From the NCBI GenBank assembly GCA_963766075.1, contig CAVYAN010000062.1, forward strand, positions 1 to 21,602: a stretch of 21,602 bases of DNA, in the 5' to 3' direction. The position numbers were made by a program, and so were the translations under genes. Of this stretch, positions 1-10,724 are shown piece by piece; the first letter of the stretch is position 1; every line of letters starts with the position of its first letter. The notes beneath the pieces are model-generated. The model worked only from the letters and a program-made list of their open reading frames with translations. It was not told the DNA's origin and did no database searches. Source of the stretch: an uncultured cyanobacterium (GTDB lineage Bacteria > Cyanobacteriota > Cyanobacteriia > Leptolyngbyales > Leptolyngbyaceae).

Positions 1-1197
<1,197 letters not shown>

Positions 1198-1208
<11 letters not shown>

Positions 1209-1383
1209 CCTGTGCCTCTTCCCCCGCCGAGGCCCATGGCATCGCCACTTGTTCCATCACTTCCACCCGTTCTGGTGTCACTAACCCTTCCCGCTGGCGC
1301 AGCAACATCCATGCTTCACCGCTGGGACAGGCCTGGAGCTTTTCGATCAGGTCGATATAGGATTGCAGCCGCTGTTGGTTCAT
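1198..1383 (-). CDS. Small hypothetical protein resembling the cyanobacterial N-terminal module 'MNEQRLQAY..LI..LL.CPSGEE'; possibly truncated; overlaps the ATPase start
   Basis: 61-aa ORF MNQQRLQSYIDLIEKLQACPSGE...VMEQVA; 11-bp overlap with the ATPase start codon region. Confidence 0.55.
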
Positions 1384-1446
1384 ACAAGTTGGTTCGTTGG
1401 TTCATGTCGAGCCCTATGGTTTCCACAACGCACCAATTTTAAGTAA

Positions 1447-1479
1447 ACTTTAAGCAAACAAGTTGAGAAACTTGTGAGG
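1447..1479 (-). promoter_or_regulatory. Conserved promoter element, copy 1 (CCTCACAAGTTTCTCAAC-TTGTTTGCT-TAAAGT), upstream of the hypothetical-ATPase unit
   Basis: Ungapped match to the elements at 4241-4273 and 10725-10757; TAnnnT at identical spacing. Confidence 0.7.
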
Positions 1480-1496
1480 TTTAATTTCCTCACAAG
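1471..1496 (-). terminator. Hairpin CTTGTGAGG-N8-CCTCACAAG followed on the minus strand by TTTCT; candidate terminator of the TPR gene, overlapping the promoter element
   Basis: Perfect 9-bp inverted repeat about 28 nt after the TPR stop codon (1525); the U-tract is short. Confidence 0.4.
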
Positions 1497-1524
1497 GTGT
1501 AAGGTCGATCGCGGATCATCCGGT

Positions 1525-2910
1525 TTACTGGCCCAGTTGGTCGCGAAGAACATGGTCAACCTTGCCCGCCATCGGCGCGTTACCCTGGGCCTTGAAGAGA
1601 TCTCTCGCTTGTTTGAGCTCAGCGATCGCGGCCTCGCGCTGTCCGAGATCGGAGAAGGTCTCCCCGAGATTCGCGTGGGCCATAGCAGCATCGGGATCCA
1701 GGCGGATGGCTTCGCGATACTCGGCGATCGCGGCTTCACTGTGACCTTGAGCGTGGAGGGCACTCCCAAGGTTATTGTGAGCTATGGCCTCGTTGGGATC
1801 GAGGCGAAGGGCTTCTCGGTACTCGGCGATCGCCTCCTCAAGTTTGCCTTGAGTGCGGAGGGTAAACCCAAGGTTATTGTGCGCCCTGGCATAGTTGGGA
1901 TCGAGGCGAATGGCTTCTCGGTACTCGGCGATCGCTTCCTCAAGTTTGCCTTGAGAGTCGAGGGTCAGCCCAAGGTTATTGTGCACCTTGGCATAGTTGG
2001 GATCGAGGCGAATGGCTTCTCGGTACTCGGCGATCGCCTGCTCAAGTTTGCCTTGAGTGCGGAGGGTCAGCCCAAGGTTATTGTGCGCATTGGCATCGTT
2101 GGGATCGAGGCGAATGGCTTCTCGGTACTCGGCGATCGCCTCCTCAAGTTTGCCTTGGGTTTGGAGGGCAAACCCAAGATTATTGTGCACCTTGGCATCG
2201 TTGGGATCGAGGCGAATGGCTTCTCGGTACTCGGAAGATCGCCTTGCCTCAAGTTTGCCTTGAGGCGGAGGGTCAGCCCCCAAGGTTATTGTGCGCCGTG
2301 TCATCGTTGGGATTGATGCGAATAGCTTCTCGAAACTCGGCCACCGCTGCCTCAAGTTTGCCTTGCATCAAAAGGGCACTCCCCAACATATCGTGAGCCA
2401 TGTCATCGTTGGGATTGATGCGAATAGCTTCTCGAAGCTCGGCCACCGCTGCCTCAAGTTTGCCTTGCATCAAAAGGGCACCCCCCAACGTATCGTGAGC
2501 CATGGCATCGTTGGGATTAATGCGGATGGCTTCTCGAAACTCGGCGACCGCTGCCTCAAGTTTGCCTTGCATCAAAAGGGCACCCCCAACATATCGTGAG
2601 CCGCTGCGTTACTCGGGTTGAGTTGAACCGCTCTCCGAAAGGCGGCTTCCGCCCCGAGAAAATCTCCCGCTTGCATCAACTGCTGACCTTGCTCCAAATA
2701 TTGAGCGGCGGGGGCCTGCGCTATTGTCAACGGCGCTGATGCGTAACTGATCGGCAAATGATTGAGGGTCGGTAAATGATTGAGGGTCGGTAAATGATTG
2801 AGGGTCGGTAAATGGTTGATGACGATACTGGCGTGGGTATTTCCCGGTGTGCCGATGACTAAAGCCATCGCGACGGCCATCAGCAGCGCAGACGGTTTAA
2901 GGGTAGCCAT
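1525..2910 (-). CDS. Secreted/periplasmic tetratricopeptide-repeat protein (about 11 TPRs), split by frameshifts near 2580 and 2230-2285
   Basis: ORFs 2572..2910 (signal-peptide-like N-terminus, first TPR), 2273..2575 and 1525..2355 carry consecutive 34-aa repeats AHNNLG..L..QGKLEEAIAEYREAIRLDPN. Confidence 0.9.
1630..2600. repeat. Tandem 102-bp near-identical repeats encoding the TPR units, in two sub-types
   Basis: Recurrent gttgggatcgaggcgaatggcttctcggtactcggcgatcgcc (about 1630-2290) and gttgggattgatgcgaatagcttctcgaaactcggccaccgctgcctcaagtttgccttgcatcaaaagggca (about 2290-2600), 102-bp period. Confidence 0.9.
2751..2819. repeat. 18-bp tandem repeat (ggtaaatgattgagggtc, about 3.7 copies) encoding (NHLPTL)n
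   Basis: Directly visible; translation reads NHLPTLNHLPTLNHLPTLNHLPI. Confidence 0.95.
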
Positions 2911-2982
2911 ATGACTTAGCCTCCAGCGGCTAGAACCTAGTCGATTATTTTTCTCTCTGAAACAGTAGACGGTGTGACGAAC

Positions 2983-3306
2983 TCAGCGAGCGGGTGGGGT
3001 GGGGGCAATCTCTGGCGGCGGCGATGGGGGCGATTGCCCTGGCACTTGGAGTGGCACCTCGATTTCCATAGGCGGTGCGGACCGGATGATGAGTAGCGGG
3101 GTTGCCGGACGAGGGTTTTGTAACCGTTGAATGTCTAGTTCAAATTGTTGCCGCCCTTGGTTGAAAAATTGTTCAGAACTGCGCGGTTCCCCCAAATCGA
3201 CTGTCCGACCACATTCGGACGACGCCAAGGCTGGGGACAATCCCACGAACGCAAGGGTCAATGTTGCCATCAAGATTGGCAGTCGGGTCATTACAGTGCT
3301 TGACAT
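2983..3306 (-). CDS. Small secreted hypothetical protein with Pro-rich C-terminus
   Basis: 107-aa ORF; hydrophobic signal peptide ending ..SPALA; GAGGAGG SD-like sequence just upstream; co-oriented with the TPR gene. Confidence 0.65.
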   Translation of the reverse strand: MSSTVMTRLPILMATLTLAFVGLSPALASSECGRTVDLGEPRSSEQFFNQGRQQFELDIQRLQNPRPATPLLIIRSAPPMEIEVPLQVPGQSPPSPPPEIAPTPPAR

Positions 3307-3409
3307 ATAACCTCCTCTCCATGGCGGGTGCCATTGCTGGTAATGGTGGTTTCGGAGTGTCTTACTTTTGTGCTATCTCTATCTCTACTTTATTCATTAC
3401 CATTGCTCA

Positions 3410-3949
3410 TCAATTTTCTGGACGATTGATGTGCGCATATCCGGCGATCGCGGGTTCGGTTAAGCGCACTGCCGATTTTGGTGACACGGTAACGCTTAGA
3501 CTTCGCAGCGTTAGAACTTGTAACCTCTCCACCCCTTGGGGTGAAAAGCCATCGACAACGCCCAGAATGCCCCGCCCTTGGCTCGTCTCTGCCACAATCA
3601 CTTCTACCGGATTGGCCGTCGCACAGTAAATCGTACAGACCTCCGGACATTGTTTGATGGCATTGAGGAAATTGAGAGGATAGGCATCTTGCAACAGGAT
3701 GATAAAGCTGTGTCCGGCGGCGATCGCCGCCGCATTTTGCGTGGCAGCATCCTGCAAGGCGACATCATTCCCCGCCACCCGAATCAAACACGGTCCCGAT
3801 GCTTCACAAAAAGCAATGCCAAACCTCACCTGCGCCGAGGTGCTCACCATGATTTCGTACAGGTCTTCAATGGTTTTGATGAAGTGGGTTTGACCTAGAA
3901 TCAGGTTGCTCCCTGTGGGGAGTGCAATCGCCACTGATTTGAGTTCCAT
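3410..3949 (-). CDS. Adenosine-specific kinase family (DUF355) protein with aberrant C-terminus (deletion plus frameshift near 3526)
   Basis: Motifs NLILGQTHFIKTIEDLYE, FGIAFCEASGPCLIR, YPLNFLNAIKQCPEVCTIYCATANP and GRGILGVVDG. The native-like GYKF-stop lies out of frame at 3525..3511. Confidence 0.88.
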   Translation of the reverse strand: MELKSVAIALPTGSNLILGQTHFIKTIEDLYEIMVSTSAQVRFGIAFCEASGPCLIRVAGNDVALQDAATQNAAAIAAGHSFIILLQDAYPLNFLNAIKQCPEVCTIYCATANPVEVIVAETSQGRGILGVVDGFSPQGVERLQVLTLRSLSVTVSPKSAVRLTEPAIAGYAHINRPEN

Positions 3950-4240
3950 AGTCTGATCCTCCGTCTGATTTTGATAGAGAACAACTCGGTGCCGTACCTG
4001 GTGTCATGCTGGGTGTGATCCCGAGGACTCAACTCTATTGTGAGTCATTTCTACTGGCTGATTTTCAAGACGTACACATTTCCTCACGCGATCGCCGATT
4101 TAGCTAATAATGGCTGAAGCGCGGCATGAGCCACGTCAGAGAGGTTTGCTGATAGGACTACACTTATACTGAGGGAGCTTTTTTACACTCCTACCAACTT
4201 TTCAAACGCCCTCTAAAGGCTTTAACTAAAACTGATCCGC

Positions 4241-4273
4241 CCTCACAATTTCCTCAACTTGTTGACCTACGCT
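4241..4273 (+). promoter_or_regulatory. Conserved promoter element, copy 2 (CCTCACAATTTCCTCAAC-TTGTTGACC-TACGCT), upstream of the oxidoreductase
   Basis: Ungapped match to copies 1 and 3; 30 nt before the ATG at 4304. Confidence 0.7.
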
Positions 4274-4303
4274 GAAGAAACGGGATTGTCATGGGAGGTA
4301 AGT

Positions 4304-5881
4304 ATGAAAAGCTTTGATTATGTCATTCTGGGCGCGGGGCTAGGGGGGCTTTCTGCGGCTGCTTGCCTTGCGCGTCAAGGTTATGAAGTCGCCGTTTTAG
4401 AAAAACACGATTTGCCCGGTGGCTGCTGCCACACCTTTGATTATGGCGAGTATCACTTTTGTGCAGATGTGCATTACATTTCGCAATGCGGTTCTGGCCA
4501 AACTATTCATCAATTACTCAACTATCTGGAACGCGATGTTCCATTCAATTCCCTGGATCCAAATTGTATTGATCGCGTGATTACGCCTGAGGTAGACTTC
4601 AAAATCCCCCTGGGCTGGGAGACCTTGCGGGCTCGCTTACTGGCAACGTTTCCAGAAGAACGCGTCGCCATCAATCGCTACTGCGATGCGATTCGACACC
4701 TGCATCAAGACATCCATACGTTGACGCAAGAGGTGCATTGGTATGACGCCAAATGGTCAGATTGGTTGAAGCTGCCCAAATACTGGAATCTCTTCTCCAA
4801 GCGGAATTGGACCCTGCAAGACCTGTATAACCGGGTCGGACTTTCACCCAAGCTGCAAAACTTACTGGCAGGGCAAAGTGGCGATTATGCCTTACCCCCC
4901 AATGAAATTGCTCTCCTGAGTCACGCCTCCTTAGTTTGGGACTATTCGGAAGGCGCATATTATCCGAAATATCACTTCAAGCATTTGGTTGATACTCTGG
5001 TTGAAGCCATTACCACTAGCGGTGGCGTCGTGCAGTTGGCAACGCCTGTGGCGCAGATTGAAGTGTGCGATCGCGAGGTACAGTATGTCACCACCGCAGA
5101 GGGCGATATCTATCACGCAAAGAAAGCCTACATTAGCGACCTCGATCCCAAGCTCACCGTTCAATTGATGCACCCAGTTGGAGCCTTGAGTCCCCATGAA
5201 CATCAACGACTAACAGACTACCAATATTCCGCCAGTGCTTTCAACATCTACCTGGGGCTAGATAGTTGCTTCAAACCTGAACGCTATGGCATTGGCAACT
5301 GGAATATCTGGTACTATCCCACGGGCAATCTCAACCAGGCCTATCAGAACCAGTTACAGGGAGATTTCAGCCATCCGTGGATCTTTCTTGCTTGCCCCAC
5401 AATGAAATCCCATGAACCGGGCATGGCTCCCCCAGGACAGCATGTTCTAGAGATTGCCACGGTCTGCCCCTACGAACCGTTTGAACAGCTCCACAATACC
5501 GATCCCAAAGCCTACAAAGCCAAAAAGCGAGAAGTGTACCAACACATCATGACCAGTATCCGCGAGTTAATTCCCGATGTCGATGCTTATATCCGGATGA
5601 AAGTCTATGGCACACCGACCACCAGTGAATATTATCTGGGGCAGCCCCAAGGCAATATTTATGGTGCCAAGTTGATCCCACAGCAGGTGGGGCTGAATCG
5701 GTTGGGGTATACGACTGAATTAACCAATCTCTTTTTGGTCGGAGCCAGCGCGGGCTATCCCAGTGTGCCCGGTGTAATTGGCAATGGCATGGATGTGGTA
5801 GAACTGATGACGGGGCGATCGGTGTGGCACACAAAGAAAATCTCTGAACCCTTCTCTGAGCCCTTGGTAACGGCAGGGTAA
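4304..5881 (+). CDS. FAD-dependent oxidoreductase, phytoene desaturase/retinol saturase superfamily (COG1233)
   Basis: Rossmann motif DYVILGAGLGGLSAAACLA..G..V.VLEKH..PGG; C-terminal GTPTT..YY....GNIYG and NLFLVGAS..PSVPGV. ATG 4304 has GGGAGG upstream and is preferred over TTG 4259. Confidence 0.88.
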   Translation: MKSFDYVILGAGLGGLSAAACLARQGYEVAVLEKHDLPGGCCHTFDYGEYHFCADVHYISQCGSGQTIHQLLNYLERDVPFNSLDPNCIDRVITPEVDFKIPLGWETLRARLLATFPEERVAINRYCDAIRHLHQDIHTLTQEVHWYDAKWSDWLKLPKYWNLFSKRNWTLQDLYNRVGLSPKLQNLLAGQSGDYALPPNEIALLSHASLVWDYSEGAYYPKYHFKHLVDTLVEAITTSGGVVQLATPVAQIEVCDREVQYVTTAEGDIYHAKKAYISDLDPKLTVQLMHPVGALSPHEHQRLTDYQYSASAFNIYLGLDSCFKPERYGIGNWNIWYYPTGNLNQAYQNQLQGDFSHPWIFLACPTMKSHEPGMAPPGQHVLEIATVCPYEPFEQLHNTDPKAYKAKKREVYQHIMTSIRELIPDVDAYIRMKVYGTPTTSEYYLGQPQGNIYGAKLIPQQVGLNRLGYTTELTNLFLVGASAGYPSVPGVIGNGMDVVELMTGRSVWHTKKISEPFSEPLVTAG

Positions 5882-5883
5882 CT

Positions 5884-6318
5884 ATGGCAGTCAATCATCG
5901 AGAAAAAATCATTACGCTATGGGCCGTGTTTCTATTGGGGATTCTCTTTCACACCCAACTGGGTTTAATGCCCCTGTTTCACAACCAGAGTGTTGCCGCC
6001 TCTGATGCCCACGGAACGGAGAATATCGCCTGGATTCTATGGTTGATGCTGGGCTTTTTTGTCGTCCCCATGATTGCCATGATTACAATACTTTACGATA
6101 GCTCAATCCGCTATCGTAAGCTCCATTTTGGCATGACTGTTTTCTATTCAATCATGAATTTTTTCCATGTCGTGGCTGATTTACTAGTGAAACCAATCGC
6201 TTGGTATCAAATAACCTTAATGATTTTACTATTTCTAATTGGAATCTTACTCAATCTAGTTTCCTGGCAATGGATGAAAGCATGGAGAAACGATAAATTA
6301 TCGAGGAATATCAGATAA
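5884..6318 (+). CDS. Hypothetical integral membrane protein (about 4 TM helices), probably co-transcribed with the oxidoreductase
   Basis: 144 aa with four hydrophobic stretches; starts 2 nt after the upstream stop. Confidence 0.78.
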   Translation: MAVNHREKIITLWAVFLLGILFHTQLGLMPLFHNQSVAASDAHGTENIAWILWLMLGFFVVPMIAMITILYDSSIRYRKLHFGMTVFYSIMNFFHVVADLLVKPIAWYQITLMILLFLIGILLNLVSWQWMKAWRNDKLSRNIR

Positions 6319-6507
6319 CTTTTTGGTGTAACGTGTGTGTTTGTGTTGTATAGCTGTGGCAGATTAGTGACAGCTCTGAGGCGGTATTAACTATCTGTTA
6401 CTGAAACGATTTTACTGACACGAACAGCCCATCACACCATTCTGGGTGGCCGCGACAGGAATCGCCTCCGCGATGAAACTGGCTTTCACACCCATAAAAT
6501 CCCAGCA

Positions 6508-9500
6508 TCATTTCTTTGGGCTATTGGAGCGGGCAATCTGGTAAGCCGTAGTATTCATCGATCGGCTGCCCTTCACCCCTTGGGCGGCGAACCAGGCACA
6601 AAAGCGGCTCTGTTGTCCCAGGCTGAATGCTAATCGTGAGAAGTATGTCGGTTCACGATACAATGCAGCGGTAATCCCAGAGACATCGACCAGCGTAAGA
6701 CTGGGCAACTCAACGGCTTGGAACTCAGCAGCACCGATGTCGGCTCGACCCACTCTGGGAAATCCCCGCTGGTCGAGAGTCGAAAGCTCGGGATTACCTC
6801 TGTTAATGGCGGGGCTACCCGAAACCAGGGCATGGGTCTGGGTCGGCCCACCATTGTTGGCTAGGGGCGCAAGAATGCGATCAGGCTGACTTGCGGCACT
6901 TGGTCAGTGGCAAGGAGTGTCATCCCATCCACACCACTAGATTGGCTATACCCGAACAGGTTATAGCCTTCAAAAACAGCAACACCTGCATTCGCCACTT
7001 CTCGCCCCCTGTCAGCCCTATTTCCTGAAATCAGGCTATTCTCGATGGCTAAGCGGCTAGCCGGTTGATATGGAAATTGTACAGGGTCTTGACTTGCACT
7101 ATAGATACCACCACCCTGATGCGCTGAATTGCCTGTTAGGGTAGCGCTGGTGAGAGTGAGCATGCTCAAGTTGAAGAGGCCACCGCCACGCATCGCCGCC
7201 GAATTCCCAGAAAGGGTACTGTTATCGATCAGCACCGTGGGAACATAGCTGTAGAAGAGGCTGTCGTTATAGACACCCCCGCCATCGCCCTGGGTGGAAT
7301 TGCTCGTCAGGGTAAAGTGGGTAACGGTAAGCGTGCCGCCGTTAAAGATGCCACCACCACGGTCACTCGCTGAATTCCCGGCCAGGGTGCTGTTCGTGAG
7401 GGTGAGCGTGCCTGCCGATCCTATTCGCGATCGCCCGATATTGTGGATCAGCTCCCCCCACCCTGGCTGAATTTTCAGCCACGGTGCTGTTATCGATCAC
7501 TGCCGCGGGGAAGTTGCTGAAATGGCCACCATTAGCGATACCACCGACCATTTCTCTGAGTGCCGTCACGATGGAATGGATGAGGGTGAGCATGCCGTCG
7601 CTGTAGATGCCACCGCCGCTATCTTGCGCTGAATTGCCTATCACGGTGGAGTGGACAAGCGTCAGCGTACCATGGTTAAGGATGCCGCCGCCATTTCCCT
7701 GACCACTGAATTGCCTATCAGGGTGGAGCGCGTGAGGGTGAGCATGCGGTCGCTGTAGATGCCACCACCGCCAGAGCCCATGCCGAAAGGCCCTCCGTTC
7801 GCTGAATTGCCTGTCAAGGTGGAGTCCGTGAGCGTGAGCGTGCCCCGTTGTTGACAATGCCGCCGCCACTGCTGTCCGCCGAATTGCCCGTTAGGGTGGA
7901 GTCCGTAAGCGTGAGCGTGCCCCCGTGGTTGTAAATGCCGCCGCCAGAGCCTGTGCCGAAAGGCCCCCCACTCGCCGAATTACCCGTGAGGCTGGAGTGG
8001 ATGATCGTGAGCGTTCCCCCATTGTTGTAGATGCCGCCACCAATGGGGGAACTACCATTGCTCGTAATGCTGCGCTCACTGCCCTGAACCGCATTGTGAC
8101 TCAGGGTAACATTGGTAAGGGTGAGGGTACTGCCGTCATTGTAGATGCCGCCGCCGTAGACAATTTGGGGTTGAATCGTCTCGATGCCAACGACTCTGCC
8201 ATTGGCGATCGCCAAGCTATCCAGATTCACGGTATTGCCCGCCGCAACGGTCAATACCCGGTAGGCAGCGTTGCCGCTGAGGACAGTGGTGCTGGCTCCA
8301 GTTCCATTCAAATTCAGGGAGCGATCAACGGTGAGGGTATCCCCTGGTACGTGCCAGCCCCTAAATTGATGGTGCGACTACCCGCAACTGATCCGATCGC
8401 ATTAATGGCACTCTGAATCGAGCGGGTCGGTGCATCGACTTCCGGGTTCACCTGATTCAGGTCAAAGGTCAAGCCTCCCACGCTAGTCATGGAAATCGTT
8501 GTGTCGCCCGGATTGGCAAATCGCCGTCCGGTCAGCGTCAGGGAAGCAGTGCCGCCCCCGATTTGATTCACCGAGTCTGCTAACGTAATATCACCATTGC
8601 CACCCGCGCCCGATGCCGTAGTCAACCTGACATTTGTGCCGCTATCCAATGAGGCGGCAATCTGGGCCGGGGTAACCGTGCCGCCTGTCGTCGCGATGGT
8701 AATAATCCGAGGGATCAATTATCCAGGTTCCCGGCAGTCCGCGCACGGCACCGGCATCACCCGTTCCCCCGCCACATCCAACTGCCGAAGTCCAGAGGTT
8801 TCGACTAAACCGCCATTGCCGCCCTGTACTCCCCCAGTGGCTGTAATTCTCCCCTGCACCTGGGTACTTCCGTCAGCCCAAACAACCACCTGCCCCCCAT
8901 TGCCCTGGGTCAGAGCGTTGGCTTAAATTTATAGCGGCATCAACCACGATGGATTGTGTTCGGAACGGCGTAGTCCCTTGGTTTTGCCCAGTGCCGCCAA
9001 GGAACACAATGCCCCCACTATTCGGGCCAGAGGCGTTCAGATTGGCATGGATCAGGGAAATGCGATCTCCCAAGACTTGAATTTGGGCTGCATTTTGCGG
9101 CGTTGCGGCACTGACAGATAGGTTGCCACTGATGAGGGTAGTACCGGCTGCGGTCGAAATAAACGTACTACTACCGGTCAGTTTAACCAATCCATTCTCT
9201 ATGACTAATCCGGTAGCTTCCGGTATACTCCCTCCGGTGAGCAAGGCAGGCAACGACAGGGGCGTAATGCTGGGAAGATTGAGCCCATCACCATTCCGTA
9301 TCGGTAACTTCAGACTGAGCAGACTGCCCTCTGGGCTGATGTTGATCATATTTTCTCCGGGTGCTGCCCGATCGTGATGGTGCCACCTGGAGTCTCAATG
9401 GCTCCCGTATTTATCACAGTACCGCCCAATAGGGTAATGCTCTGTCCTCGTCCAGCGCTCAAAATGCCAGCGTTTAGAATTGTCCCCGGATTCGTTCCCA

Positions 9501-10014
9501 GGAATGCCACCTGATTGGGTGTACCCATTAGGTGGGTATAATCATTGAGGCCACTCGCATTAAACCAGCCATTACCCATGCCGATGCCATTAGCCGTTGT
9601 GGCCACAAATGAGGCCGGGAGATCCAAACGAGCATTTGGGCCAAAAATGATACCTGCGGGGTTCATCAAAAATAGATTGGAATTACCGCCACTGACCTGA
9701 AGTAGACCATTGATCATGGAGGTATTGCCACCCATGACTCGCCCCAGAATGTTTTGAATGCTGGGATTGCTCAGAAAATTGGCAACTTGCCCCTGAGACA
9801 GCCCAAACTGCTGAAAGCTATGGAAAAGATTAGCCCCAGATTGAGTTCCGCCAGTAATGTCAAACTGATTCGGATTGCTGGCCGGACTGGAGAGGATTGT
9901 CTGGGTATCAGCGGCAGGTATAATGGGTTGACTATAAGCAGCTTTAATCCCCAAGATGGGCAATACAACGGCAATAATCAGCGAGCTTATAAAATGATAA
10001 AATTGAGCTTTCAT
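6508..10014 (-). CDS. Filamentous haemagglutinin-family exoprotein (TPS/haemagglutination-activity N-domain, GGGIYN beta-helix repeats, choice-of-anchor Q-like C-domain), copy A, multiply frameshifted
   Basis: Signal peptide; NLFHSFQQFGL..GQVANF..NPSIQNILGRV.GG..S.ING..NLFLMNPAGIIFG; GGLVETSG; repeated LTLTDSTLTGNSA..GGGIYN; LANNGGPTQTHALVSGSPAINRG..DQRG..R....DIGAAE; stop at 6508. Confidence 0.9.
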
Positions 10015-10197
10015 ATTAACTCGACAATTAAATAGAATGCATTTTACAACGCGGCATAAGCAATTTCAGGATGCTGAAAATAACTGCTAACGCGGTCCGA
10101 TGATTTCTGCAATTTCCACAGGTGAGACATCAATCACTGTTTGAGTTGATGCAGGTTTCGGCAGGGCAGTTGATCATGCACACCCTGTTTCACATCG

Positions 10198-10716
10198 CTA
10201 TTGCGTCACCGCATCCGGATCCTGTTCATAGGCCCGCTCGGTTGGTCTTTGAGGGCTATATCGCCAGCGTTTGAGATATTCTCCCACGCTCCGAATCGGT
10301 AGCTTGACCCCACATAATTGTTCAATCAAGGCCTGCACCGCTGAGCGGGTCTACAGCACACTGTCAATCTCATAATCCTCCGGAACATGTCCACTCATCG
10401 CCGCCTGCACATCCGCTTCATCCATCGGACTCAGGATCCGGCCTTCGCCCGTCGCGAGTCCCCGCTTGAGTTGATGCAGCGTGGACTCGCCATGGTGTTC
10501 ATATTGCCACCACCAATCAGTAACCGTATTCCGGTGCACCCCAAGGTACTCGCTGATATCGTTGATGCGCTTCCCTTGTTGCCGCAGTCGAATTGCTTGT
10601 TGTCGAAGGTAATCTTGGGTCTCTATCATGAGGTGTTGAGCATCAGGGGTATCCATATCAACCTCCTTATTCCTCTAATTTCCCATTATACCTATCTTTT
10701 CTATTACCAAGTTAAT
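10198..10716 (-). mobile_element. IS630-family transposase remnant (HTH region only, internal stop), copy A
   Basis: ETQDYLRQQAIRL..GKR..DI..YLGVHRNTV..WW; after an in-frame TAG it continues TRSAVQALIEQLCGVKLPIRSVGEYLKRWRYSPQRP.ERAYEQDP; no DDE domain. Confidence 0.85.
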
Positions 10717-10724
10717 CGCTGCAT

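Noticed and set aside
1474..2599. Long plus-strand repetitive ORFs 1474..2316 and 2291..2599
   Set aside because: Antisense shadows of the TPR repeats.
1630..2819. Regular repeats considered as a CRISPR array
   Set aside because: Repeats are contiguous, in-frame coding units with no unique spacers, and there are no cas genes.
3662..3679. CCTCTCAATTTCCTCAAT (minus strand), a 2-mismatch match to the conserved promoter core
   Set aside because: It lies inside the DUF355 CDS encoding the conserved PLNFLN and has no TAnnnT at the 9-nt spacing; probably coincidental.
4259..4303. TTG start extending the oxidoreductase
   Set aside because: It falls inside the predicted promoter; ATG 4304 has an SD and directly precedes the Rossmann motif.
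6322..6360. TG-rich tract after the membrane protein gene
   Set aside because: Short low-complexity sequence with no consistent period or structure.
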